Shown here: positions 38,077 to 47,541 of the stretch, piece by piece
Layout of the letters: each line of letters opens with the position of its first letter
Numbering within the stretch: the first letter of the stretch is position 1
NCBI GenBank assembly: GCA_963725605.1
Contig: CAVRYW010000005.1
Coordinates: 17,907-81,906 of the forward strand
Direction of reading: 5' to 3'
From: Vulcanimicrobiota bacterium
GTDB taxonomy: Bacteria; Vulcanimicrobiota; Vulcanimicrobiia; Vulcanimicrobiales; Vulcanimicrobiaceae
DNA length: 64,000 bases
Notes under the pieces: generated by a model
Told to the model about the DNA's origin: nothing
Databases searched by the model: none
The model's input: the letters and a program-made list of their open reading frames with translations, nothing else
Position numbers and translations under genes: made by a program

Positions 38077-38531
38077 TTGGCGCTCTACTTCCTGGACACG
38101 AGCGCGCTAACGAAGCTTTACGTTCGCGAGCCGGGGCCGACGTAATGCTCGCGCTCGCGCGCGAAGGCGATGCCCGGCTAGCGCTATTGTCGGTTACGCC
38201 CGTTGAATTGCGCTCCGCGGTGCGGCGCAGGGAACGACGCGGCGACATCCCGAGCGATATTGCAGATTCGATCCTTGCCGGATTTACCTCGCACCTTGAG
38301 TCGCGGTTTATGAGGCAACCTATTACGGGGGGCATCCTGGAACTCGCCCTCGCGTTCGTGGAGCGTCACGCTTTAAGGGCCTACGACGCGCTGCAGCTGG
38401 GCGGTTGCATGGCGCTAAGGTCGAAGTCCGAAGAGGAAGGTCCAATCTTTCTTTGCGCCGATAACGCGCTCTGCCGCGCGGCTGCTAGCGAGGAGATACC
38501 CGTTATTAATCCCGAACTCGATCGACCGTGA
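38077..38531 (+). pseudogene. vapC: PIN-domain toxin (VapC-like) split by a frameshift in a GGGG run (38133-38136)
   Basis: Frame A (TTG 38077) gives ALYFLDTSALTKLYVREPGPT*, which carries the first catalytic Asp. Frame B continues ADVMLALAREGD...VELRSA...AYDALQL...FLCADNAL. One additional G would restore YVREPGADVM. Confidence 0.7.
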
Positions 38532-39454
38532 AGGCATTATTAGCATGCGCGTTTGCTTCGGTATGCGCGGTAATTGGGTTGTCGGCGCAGGCCGGGCAAA
38601 ACGCGCCGCCATGGGGGCACCTTGCGACGTCGCGGCCGCACTCGACGGCGACGCCGATTCCGCTGCCGTCGCCCGAGCGGCTACTCTATCTTATCCGGCG
38701 GCAGTTCCGTTCGCATCGTCCACCGCCGCCGTACGTTACCTATACGTTGATTCGAAAGCAAACGCTCGACGACGGCTATCCCGATCTGCTCAACAGCTAC
38801 ACCTATCACATCTGGTGCCGAACGACGGATCGCGCGGCGTTGGGTCGTCGCGTCTATCGGGGCTCCGCTCGCGGTACCCTCGAGTTCTTGCGGCCTTCTT
38901 TTAACGAGCCATGGGATCCGGGGCCGCCGACGGCGGATCTCTTCGAGCCGGCACCGCTCCATCCGCATACGAGCCCGCGCGACTTCGTACCGACTCCGGA
39001 GCCGACGGGGAGCCTGCCGCCGACGATCGCCGTGGTCACCGCGCTGGGAGAGTTCGACTACCGCGTCACGCGGGTCGCCAACGAAGGCAATGTAATTCAC
39101 GTCAGCCTTCAGGCTCGTCGCGATCCCGATCGAAATCGCTTGCGCGAGCTCTACGTCGACGCAAAGACGCTGGAGCTACAAAAAGTCGTGGCAACCGATA
39201 AGCTGTACGACGAAGGGGACAGCGGTAAGCACGTCTACCCGATGCTCTTCACGGTTACGCTTGAATGGATGCATAATATGCCGATCGTCACGCACATCCA
39301 CGGGACGCCGACGTATCAGACCGACGCTGACTATCTCGGGATCGACGCGACCGTCGACTACGACTTCACGGATATCACGTTTCCGAACTCGCTACCGGAT
39401 TGGTACTTCGATCCGCGGTCGTACGCGCAACACGTCGACGACGCGCCGTCCTAA
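38528..39454 (+). CDS. Exported hypothetical protein (308 aa)
   Basis: GTG start overlapping the vapC stop. The signal peptide is KALLACAFASVCAVIGLSAQA. Confidence 0.7.
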   Translation: MKALLACAFASVCAVIGLSAQAGQNAPPWGHLATSRPHSTATPIPLPSPERLLYLIRRQFRSHRPPPPYVTYTLIRKQTLDDGYPDLLNSYTYHIWCRTTDRAALGRRVYRGSARGTLEFLRPSFNEPWDPGPPTADLFEPAPLHPHTSPRDFVPTPEPTGSLPPTIAVVTALGEFDYRVTRVANEGNVIHVSLQARRDPDRNRLRELYVDAKTLELQKVVATDKLYDEGDSGKHVYPMLFTVTLEWMHNMPIVTHIHGTPTYQTDADYLGIDATVDYDFTDITFPNSLPDWYFDPRSYAQHVDDAPS

Positions 39455-40125
39455 GCGGGGAAGGGCGGGTTCGCCTTAATCAGATCCGGAAAGTCCGCCC
39501 GCAGCACCTTGAGCTTTGGAAGATCGTTGAAGACGATATAGGGATCGTGCGGGTTGTGCAGCGCAAACTCTTGATGGTAGGCTTCGGCGCGGTAGAATCC
39601 GTGCAGGGGCGCGACGATCGTCACGATCGGTGACGTAAAGACGTGCGTTTGCTGCAGGTGAGCGATCGCGGCGATGGCCTCGGCGCGCTGCGCGTCGGTG
39701 GTGTAGAAAATCTCCGACCGGTACTGCGAACCTTCGTCGGGGCCCTGGCGATTAAGCTCCGTCGGGTCGTGGGCGACCTTGAAGTACACGTTAAGGAGGG
39801 TCTTGAACGAAATCTTCGCCGGGTCGTACGTAATCTCGACGGATTCAGCGTGGCCGGTCGTGCCCGTGCTGACGGTCTCGTACTGCGCCGTATTGGCATT
39901 GCCGCCGGCATAGCCCGCCACGACGCGGTCGACGCCTTTGAGTTCTTCGAAGACGAGCTGCATGCCCCAGAAGCATCCGCCGGCGAGGACGACCTGCTGG
40001 CTGCCGCTGGGCGCCGTGTCGGCCGTAGCGACGGCCGGCGCCGTTGCCGCGCCGATGCCGAGAGCAAGAAAGAGAGCGATGGCTTTAGGAATCTTCACGT
40101 TCTCTATAACGCCGCGCGAGCACAA
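39451..40125 (-). CDS. msrA: Peptide-methionine (S)-S-oxide reductase MsrA with N-terminal signal peptide
   Basis: LAGGCFWGMQLVFEELKGV active site. The likely start is the GTG at 40098, giving KIPKAIALFLALGIGAATAPAVATA. Confidence 0.9.
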   Translation of the reverse strand: MCSRGVIENVKIPKAIALFLALGIGAATAPAVATADTAPSGSQQVVLAGGCFWGMQLVFEELKGVDRVVAGYAGGNANTAQYETVSTGTTGHAESVEITYDPAKISFKTLLNVYFKVAHDPTELNRQGPDEGSQYRSEIFYTTDAQRAEAIAAIAHLQQTHVFTSPIVTIVAPLHGFYRAEAYHQEFALHNPHDPYIVFNDLPKLKVLRADFPDLIKANPPFPA

Positions 40126-40137
40126 TTGGATGACCCT

Positions 40138-42187
40138 CTAGCGCAGGTGCTCGTCGAGCCAATCCAGCCAGAGCCGGGTGAGTTCGGCCGTCTGCTTGGG
40201 ACCGTCGGGGCCGTGCGTTACTGCCGGAAAAACCGCGAATCGGACGGGAATGTGATTATCGACCAGTGCGTGGTAGAGGGCGTACGATTGCGTGATCGGG
40301 ACGACGGGATCCAGGGTCGTTCCCCAGATCAGCGTCGGCGTCGTAATCTGCGCGTAATACGTGATCGGCGAGTTCTCGCGATAGATCCGCTCGCCGTCGC
40401 CGGTGTAAGGCGACGTTCCGAGCGGATAGCGGTCCTGTACGTTGGACGTCGAGAGATTATACTCGTCGAACTCGCTATTGACCGCGGCTCCCGAGACCGC
40501 CGCGCGCCAGTTGTGGTAGTGTCCGATCAGCCACGACGTGAGCTCGCCGCCGTAGGACCATCCGCACACGGCGACGCGCGACGCGTCGACGTCCGGCCGC
40601 CGTTCGAGCGCCGCTAAACCGGACATGATGTCGGCACTTGGGCCCGCAACCGTATCGTGCACGATTGCCGTCATGTACGCGTTACCGAGATTATCGCTGC
40701 CGCGGTAGTTGGGCTGAAAAACGACGTAACCGCGCGCGGCGATCATCTGCGCGAGCGGCCACTGTTCCCAAACGAAATCGCGCGCACTCGAGAGGCCTGG
40801 TCCGCCGTGGATGAGCACGACGATCGGATACTTTCTCGCCCTATCATCCTGACTCTTCCCTGCGACTCCGCTCAGGGCAGGCTGGCTCAGAGGAAGGACC
40901 GGTGGATCGGTGACGACGCCGTCTTCGGCGAAGCCATCTGGGCCGGTCCAGCGAAGCTCGCGCATGTGGCCGAGCCGCAATCCCGCCAGGAAGTCATTGA
41001 CGTGCGTCAAGCGCCGTGGCTTCATCGAGCCGGGCGGGAGCACGTATAACTCGCGCGCGGTTGCCGGCGTCGTCGCGACGAAAGCGATCGTACCGTCTCG
41101 CGCGATGGCGGCCGCGCTTCCGGAGTCGAACGTGGAACTCGAGTATGGATCGCAGACCGGATGGAGATCTCCGAGCGGCACCGGCTGCACGGCTCCCGTT
41201 AAGTCGGCCATCCAAAAAAGCGTCTGCGTTCCGTCGCTGCCGCAGAGCAGCAGCCGCTTCGAATCGGGAAACCAAAGCGACGCGGCGATGTTCCGATCCA
41301 ACGTGGGCGCAATCATAACGTCGTGGCCTCCCGTGATGACGCGCACGGTGTTCTCCGCATTGAAGTCGCCGCCGAGCGGATACCAGAATGCCAGGCGCGA
41401 TCCATCGGGCGCATACGACGGACTGAGCTCGAGTCCGGAGCGAGCGGTCAGCTTACGCAGCCCGGCGTTCGCAGCGTCGACCTGCCAGAGCGTGGAGTAC
41501 TCGTCGTCGCCGCTGAACGTATTTTTCAACCGCGTGAACGAGATCGAGCGGCCGTCGGGCGTCCACACGATTTGCGGCGAGAAGATACCGCCGGGATCGG
41601 TTGGCGCGATCGTCCAAGCGCCGGTCGTAATCCGCCGCGCGTTCCCGCCTCTCGCGGCAACGATCCAGAGATGCTCCGGCGGCGTCAGCGAGGCCGCGGT
41701 ATAGTCGTTGTCGCCAGCAAAGAAGAAGGGCGCGCTGCTCGGCGGATCGACGGCGACAAAGGCAATTTCGGCGCCCGTCGGGGCTCCAAGCGGCATCGCT
41801 TACGTCGCCCTTGGCGTGCGTGAGCTGCACGGTCGCGCCGCCTTCGCGGACGAACACCTGCAGCGGCTGGCCTTGCGAGGGGCGCGCGAGGTAGGCGAGG
41901 CGCGAACCATCCGGCGACCATCGGGGAACCGCTACGTCGTGGCGAAAAGCCACGACCTGCAGTCGTCCGCTTCTCACGTCGATGACGGCGAGCTCGTTGT
42001 CGTATGCATCGTGCGGCCGATCTTGAGTGACGACGACGAGCGCGACGTGCCGCCCGTCCGGAGAGATCGACGCCTCTTCGAGATCGACGATGCGGGCCAT
42101 GTCGTCGAGGCCCAGCGGCGCGGGCGCCGCGGGGCCGTGACCGGCCGCAGCGACGGCGAGTGAAACTGCCAGAAAAATGCCGTGCAT
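40138..42187 (-). pseudogene. S9 family serine peptidase (prolyl oligopeptidase/acylaminoacyl-peptidase-like) with N-terminal beta-propeller, split by a 1-nt frameshift near 41775-41780
   Basis: ORF 41453-42187 gives a signal peptide plus WSPDG blades up to ...DAAWSPDG. ORF 40138-41796 continues AEIAFVAVD... and carries GWSYGG (GxSxG). Removing one G from GACGGGCGCC restores WSPDGAEIAF. Confidence 0.8.
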
Positions 42188-42219
42188 CCTTTACCTTTAC
42201 TACAGCGGTTGATCTTTAG

Positions 42220-45200
42220 ATGCGCGACGATTTCCATCCGCTCGTTCGCGAGTGGTTCGATTCGAGTTTTTCTGCCGCGACGGAGCCGCAGGTTCTCGGT
42301 TGGCCGGCAATTCGAGCCGGCCAGGACGTCCTGATCTCCGCTCCGACGGGATCGGGAAAGACGCTTGCGGCCTTCACGCTCTGCTTGGACGACCTCGTCC
42401 GCCGCTCGACTGAGGGCACGCTGCCGGAGCAGACGCTGGTCGTGTACGTCTCGCCGCTCAAGGCCCTGACCAACGACGTCCGCGAGAACCTGGAGAAGCC
42501 GCTCGCGGCACTGACCGCCCTCGCTCGAGCCCAAGGCCTGCCGATGTCGCCGATTCGCACCGCCGTGCGTACCGGCGACACGACTACCGCCCAGCGCCAA
42601 AGCATGCTGCGAAAGCCGCCGCACGTGCTCGTAACGACGCCCGAGTCGCTCTACATCCTCCTGACGGCCGAGAAGTCGCGTGCGCTTTTCGCAACCGTCG
42701 CCACGGTTATCGTCGACGAGATTCATGCGATGGCGGCGGACAAGCGCGGCTCGCATCTGGCGCTCACGCTCGCGCGTTTGGATTACCTGGTCGCGCAGAC
42801 GAGCGGGCGAAAACCTCAGCGCATCGGCCTTTCGGCCACGGTGCGTCCCTTGGAGCGCGTCGCGCAGTTCTTGAGCGAGCGCGCGACGATCGTCAACGTT
42901 GGGCATCGTCGCGAAATGGAGCTCTCGGTGGAGGTTCCCGGCGACGAACTGGGCCCGGTCGCGAGCAAAGAGATGTGGGGCGAGATTTACGATCGGGTCG
43001 CCGGCGAAATTCGCAACCATAAGACGACGCTGGTTTTCGTCGGAACGCGCCGCATGAGCGAGCGTGTTGCGTTCGCGCTCAACGAGCGCCTCGGAGAAGG
43101 CTTCGCCATGCCGCATCACGGTAGTCTCGCGCGCGAGCTGCGGTTCGACGTCGAACGCCGCCTGAGAAGCGGCGAGCTGCGAGTCGTTGTGGCGACGGCC
43201 TCGCTCGAGTTGGGCATCGATATCGGCTCGGTCGACCTCGTCGTTCAGCTGGGCTCGCCGCGCGCCATCGCCGTCGCGTTGCAGCGCATCGGGCGCTCGG
43301 GGCACTGGGTCGGAGCCAAGCCAAAGGGAATCTTCTACGTGACGACGCGAGACGAGCTGCTCGAGTGCGCGGCGCTGGTACGCGCGATTCGCGGCGGTTC
43401 GCTCGATGCGCTCGAGATTCCGACGGCGCCGCTGGATATTCTCGCGCAGCAGATCGTCGCGGCTTGCGCGCAGCACGAATGGGAAGTCGAGACGCTCTTC
43501 GCGCTCATTCGCACGGCCTTTCCGTACCGCGATCTTCAGCGCCGGGATTTCGATGCCGTTCTCTCCATGCTGGCAGATGGTATCGCAACCTCGCGCGGGC
43601 GCAGCGGGACCTATCTGCACTACGATCGTGTGAACGGTCGTCTGCGCGCGCGCCGGGGCGCGCGATTGGCGGCGATCACCTGCGGCGGCGCGATTCCCGA
43701 TACGGCGAACTATAGCGTCATCCTGGAGCCGGACGGCCACGTCATCGGCTCGCTCGACGAAGACTTCGCGATCGAGAGCATGGCCGGCGATATCTTTCTT
43801 CTCGGCACCAACTCTTGGAAGATTCGCCGCGTGGAAGCGGGCGTGGTTCGCGTGGAGGACGCGCATGGTGCGCCGCCGTCCATTCCGTTCTGGAACGGCG
43901 AAGGGCGCGGCCGCACCATCGAGCTCTCGCGCGAAGTCTGCGCCGTGCGCACGGCGATCGACGAACGCGACGACGCGAGCGCGATCGCGTGGCTCGAGCG
44001 GGAAGCTGCGCTCGACCGCGCGGGCGCCGAACAGGCGGTCGCGTACGTGCGAGCGGGTAAGAAAATTCTCGGCGTCGTCCCGACGGATCGCACGCTGGTC
44101 GCCGAGCGCTTCTTCGACGAAGGCGGCGGCATGCAGTTGATCCTGCACACGCCGTTTGGTGCGCGCATCAACCGCGCATGGGGTTTGGCGCTACGCAAAC
44201 GCTTCTGCCGCTCGTTCAACCTCGAGCTGCAGGCTGCCGCAACCGACAATGGGATCGTGCTCTCCTTGACGGATCAGCATGCGTTCCCGCTCGACGTGGT
44301 CTTCGAGTTCGTGAAGTCGGCGAGCGCCGAGCGAACGCTCACGCAGGCGCTGCTTCCCGCTCCGATGTTCGCCGCGCGCTGGCGTTGGAACGCAACGCGA
44401 GCGCTCGCGATTCTGCGCTTCAGCGGCGGGCGCAAGGTGCCGCCGCAGTTGATTCGGATGCGCGCCGACGACTTGGTGGCGGCGGTCTTCCCCGATCAGG
44501 CCGCTTGTCCCGAAAACCTCACCGGCCCGATTAACATCCCCGACCACGTTCTGGTGCGCGAGACGCTTGCGAACTGTCTGCACGAAGCGATGGACCTCGA
44601 CGGTTTTCTCGAAATTCTGCGCGAGATCGAGAACGGCACGCTACGAACGGTCGCCATCGACACGCCCGAACCGTCGGTCTTCTGCCACGAGATCCTCAAC
44701 GCCAATCCGTACGCGTTTCTCGACGATGCGCCTCTGGAGGAGCGGCGGACGCGAGCCGTGGCGCTTCGGCGAACGACGCGCGACGACGTCGATGGTGCCG
44801 GGATCCTCGATCCCGCCGCGATCGCGCAGGTGGCGGCCGAATCGTGGCCGGTCGTGCGCGATGCCGACGAGCTGCACGACGCACTGACGACGTTGATCGT
44901 CGTGCCGCCGCTCGCGCACTGGAGGCAGTGGTTCGATGAGCTCGTCTCGCAACGACGCGCTTGTACGATGAACAACTTTTGGACCTGTACCGAGCGGCTC
45001 GAAATCGCGCGCGCGGCCTACGAGGCGCCGTCGCCGGCTCGCGAGGAAGCCATGACCGAAGTCTTGCGCGGCTGGCTCGAGTCGAGCGGGCCAACGACGG
45101 TGGCAGAGATGGCGGAACGCTTGCGCACCGACGACGAAACGATTGCCGCGGCGCTCCTTCGCCTCGAAACGCAGGGTCAAGTTCTGCGCGGCCGCTTTAC

Positions 45201-46284
45201 CGCCGCGGCGCAGAGCGAGCAGTGGTGTAACCGCCGCGTGCTCGCGCGCATTCATCGTCTGACGATCGGGCAGTTGCGCCGCGAGATCGAAGCAGTTACT
45301 GCGGCGCAGTACATGGCCTTCCTGCAACGCTGGCAGCACGTGACGCCCGCAACGCGGTTGCATGGAATAGACGGCACGCTTCAAGTCGTCCGGCAGCTCG
45401 AGGGCTATGAGATTCCGGCGGTTGCCTGGGAGGGACAAATTCTTCCGGCGCGCATCGCGGGCTATAAACCCGAGTATCTCGACCGGCTCTGTTACGCCGG
45501 CGATGTCATGTGGGGGCGCCTTTCACCGCATCCGGCGTTAGAGCCGCGGGATGTGGCGCAGAGCCGGCGCGTGCGTCCCACACGTCTCGCGCCCATCGCG
45601 CTCTTTCTGCGCGCGAACGCCGAGGAGCTCATCGTTCGCCGTCAAGCGAATGTCGAAGCGCTCTCGCACGCGGCCCACGAAGTCTTCGAACAGCTGGAAC
45701 GACTACGCGCGCCCTTCTTTGCCGAGATCGTGCGAGCCGTCAAACGTCTGCCGAGCGAAGTTGAAGAAGCGCTCTGGCAACTCGTCGCGGCGGGTTTGGT
45801 GACGGCCGACGGCTTCGACGCGCTGCGATCGCTTAGCGACGCCAAGCGCCGATTGGGCGAGAAGGGCCTTCGCGCGCGACCGCGGTCGTCGAGCGGGCGC
45901 TGGACGCAGTTGGCGGCGACGGCCGAGGCCATCACGCCGGATGCCTTCGCGCGGCGCCTGCTGGCACGCTGGGGCGTCGTCTTTCGAGACGTCATCGCTC
46001 GCGAGAGCCTCGCGCCGAGATGGCGCGAGTTGCTGCTCGCGTTGCGCCGGATGGAGGCGCGCGGAGAAATTCGCGGCGGACGCTTCGTTGCGGGATTTGT
46101 CGGCGAACAGTTTGCGCTGCCGGAGGCGATCGACGCCTTGCGTGCCGTGCGCAGAACCGGCGCAAGCATCGAGAGGTTGCCGCTTGGCGCTTACGATCCG
46201 TTAAATCTCGCCGGGGTCATTACCCCGGCGCAGGAGCCCGACGACGCGCTGGAATCAACACTGCATGGCGGTCTGCTCGCCTGA
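42220..46284 (+). CDS. lhr: Lhr-like large ATP-dependent DEAH-box helicase
   Basis: 1354 aa. Walker A APTGSGKT, VDEIH box, SAT and motif VI QRIGRSGH, with a long C-terminal extension as in Lhr. Confidence 0.9.
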   Translation: MRDDFHPLVREWFDSSFSAATEPQVLGWPAIRAGQDVLISAPTGSGKTLAAFTLCLDDLVRRSTEGTLPEQTLVVYVSPLKALTNDVRENLEKPLAALTALARAQGLPMSPIRTAVRTGDTTTAQRQSMLRKPPHVLVTTPESLYILLTAEKSRALFATVATVIVDEIHAMAADKRGSHLALTLARLDYLVAQTSGRKPQRIGLSATVRPLERVAQFLSERATIVNVGHRREMELSVEVPGDELGPVASKEMWGEIYDRVAGEIRNHKTTLVFVGTRRMSERVAFALNERLGEGFAMPHHGSLARELRFDVERRLRSGELRVVVATASLELGIDIGSVDLVVQLGSPRAIAVALQRIGRSGHWVGAKPKGIFYVTTRDELLECAALVRAIRGGSLDALEIPTAPLDILAQQIVAACAQHEWEVETLFALIRTAFPYRDLQRRDFDAVLSMLADGIATSRGRSGTYLHYDRVNGRLRARRGARLAAITCGGAIPDTANYSVILEPDGHVIGSLDEDFAIESMAGDIFLLGTNSWKIRRVEAGVVRVEDAHGAPPSIPFWNGEGRGRTIELSREVCAVRTAIDERDDASAIAWLEREAALDRAGAEQAVAYVRAGKKILGVVPTDRTLVAERFFDEGGGMQLILHTPFGARINRAWGLALRKRFCRSFNLELQAAATDNGIVLSLTDQHAFPLDVVFEFVKSASAERTLTQALLPAPMFAARWRWNATRALAILRFSGGRKVPPQLIRMRADDLVAAVFPDQAACPENLTGPINIPDHVLVRETLANCLHEAMDLDGFLEILREIENGTLRTVAIDTPEPSVFCHEILNANPYAFLDDAPLEERRTRAVALRRTTRDDVDGAGILDPAAIAQVAAESWPVVRDADELHDALTTLIVVPPLAHWRQWFDELVSQRRACTMNNFWTCTERLEIARAAYEAPSPAREEAMTEVLRGWLESSGPTTVAEMAERLRTDDETIAAALLRLETQGQVLRGRFTAAAQSEQWCNRRVLARIHRLTIGQLRREIEAVTAAQYMAFLQRWQHVTPATRLHGIDGTLQVVRQLEGYEIPAVAWEGQILPARIAGYKPEYLDRLCYAGDVMWGRLSPHPALEPRDVAQSRRVRPTRLAPIALFLRANAEELIVRRQANVEALSHAAHEVFEQLERLRAPFFAEIVRAVKRLPSEVEEALWQLVAAGLVTADGFDALRSLSDAKRRLGEKGLRARPRSSSGRWTQLAATAEAITPDAFARRLLARWGVVFRDVIARESLAPRWRELLLALRRMEARGEIRGGRFVAGFVGEQFALPEAIDALRAVRRTGASIERLPLGAYDPLNLAGVITPAQEPDDALESTLHGGLLA

Positions 46285-46893
46285 ATAGATTTCGATCACG
46301 CCGCTGACCTTAAACGGAATGTCCTCGCTCTTTAGCAGCGCTCCGATTCCGCCGATGACGCCGCCGTACTTGCCCTTGGTGGCGGTCGTATAGCAGGGTC
46401 CGAACTTCACCTTGTCGCCGTAGACCAGCGCCTCGCCGTAGGCCGTATACGGCTGAGCTGCGACGACTTGTTTGCCGGTCAGGCCGCCGCCGGCTTTGAG
46501 ATCCTTGCCGAACGTCGTTCCGCCGGAGGTAGAAAACGCAAGGTAGAAGATCGGCGTTCCCGAGCCGAGCGCAGGAAAGTTGTCGAAGTTCTCGGTGCCG
46601 CTGCTCAGTGTAAGTTGAATCGACGGATTGAGGCTGGGATACTTTAGGTTACCGCCGAACCCGCCATACGCCGGAATGCAAAAGGAGCCACCCGCGGTCT
46701 TGAGTTTACCGCTGAGCGTGGCGTATTCCGACTTATTTACCTGACCCTTACAACTGCGCGGCAGGCGATCGGGAGTTACAACCGCTAGCGGTGAGAGCGG
46801 AAGCAGTCCGTTGCCATGCTGCGCGCAGGCTGAGAAGACGAGCGTTGCCGCGATCGCGACCGATCCGGCTAGGCGATGACCCAGAGATGGCAT
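46255..46893 (-). CDS. Lipoprotein of unknown family (212 aa), C-terminal Cys; paralog of the upstream gene
   Basis: The lipobox is LVFSAC. Shared blocks with the neighbour are GSFCIPA(Y/F)GGFGG, GTPIFYL and GVIEIY.G.Q....C-end. Confidence 0.75.
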   Translation of the reverse strand: MPSLGHRLAGSVAIAATLVFSACAQHGNGLLPLSPLAVVTPDRLPRSCKGQVNKSEYATLSGKLKTAGGSFCIPAYGGFGGNLKYPSLNPSIQLTLSSGTENFDNFPALGSGTPIFYLAFSTSGGTTFGKDLKAGGGLTGKQVVAAQPYTAYGEALVYGDKVKFGPCYTTATKGKYGGVIGGIGALLKSEDIPFKVSGVIEIYSGEQTAMQC

Positions 46894-46917
46894 TTTGCTC
46901 CTAAAACTGAGAGGTTG

Positions 46918-47541
46918 CTAGCATCCTTGGCTGACTTGCATGCCCGGATAAATTTCGATGACGCCGTATCCGGCGCCGGTGATCGTCGTATCGCTGAAAA
47001 GCTGACCGATCCCTGGAAGGACACCTCCGTACGGACCTTGAGTCGCGACGGCATAGCATGGCGGAAACATCAGAACGAGATGCCCGACGGCGACGATGCC
47101 GAAGGCGGTGTACGTTTGGCCGGCCTGAATCGTTGCCGAGGTCAGGCCACCGCCCGACTTCAGCTTCGTGTGGAAATGCGTTCCGGCAAGGAAGTGAAGG
47201 TTCAAGTAGAAGATCGGCGTTCCCGACGAGCCTAGCAGCGGCTCGTCGTAGATGTTCTGCGTGCTGGAGCGAAGCACGAGCTTCACCGGTCGCTTGACGC
47301 CCGGGTACTGCATCGTTCCCCCGAAGCCCCCAAACGCCGGGATACAGAACGAGCCGGCTCGGTTTTTCAGCCTCGCGTCGATCTGCGCGTAGTTTTCTTT
47401 CGTTCGTTGATGCGCGCACTGCGGAGGTGTGGTGGCGGCCCGGCTCGTCGTCGCAGCCGAAAGCGCTGCACCGTCGCGCTGCCCGCAACTCGTCATCGCG
47501 CAAGCCGCAGCAAGAGCCAGACCGACATAGAGTTTCTTCAT
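46918..47541 (-). CDS. Lipoprotein of unknown family (207 aa), C-terminal Cys; paralog of the downstream gene
   Basis: The lipobox is AMTSCG. Its ATG overlaps the stop of the BNR gene (ATGA). Confidence 0.75.
   Translation of the reverse strand: MKKLYVGLALAAACAMTSCGQRDGAALSAATTSRAATTPPQCAHQRTKENYAQIDARLKNRAGSFCIPAFGGFGGTMQYPGVKRPVKLVLRSSTQNIYDEPLLGSSGTPIFYLNLHFLAGTHFHTKLKSGGGLTSATIQAGQTYTAFGIVAVGHLVLMFPPCYAVATQGPYGGVLPGIGQLFSDTTITGAGYGVIEIYPGMQVSQGC

Noticed and set aside
39643-40617. 324-aa plus-strand ORF
   Set aside because: It is antisense to msrA and to the S9 peptidase C-terminus, both of which have catalytic motifs.
41974-44148. 724-aa ORF on the minus strand
   Set aside because: It is entirely antisense to the well-supported lhr helicase and the S9 peptidase start. 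It has an Arg/Ala-rich composition with no motifs, which is typical of open antisense frames in GC-rich DNA.
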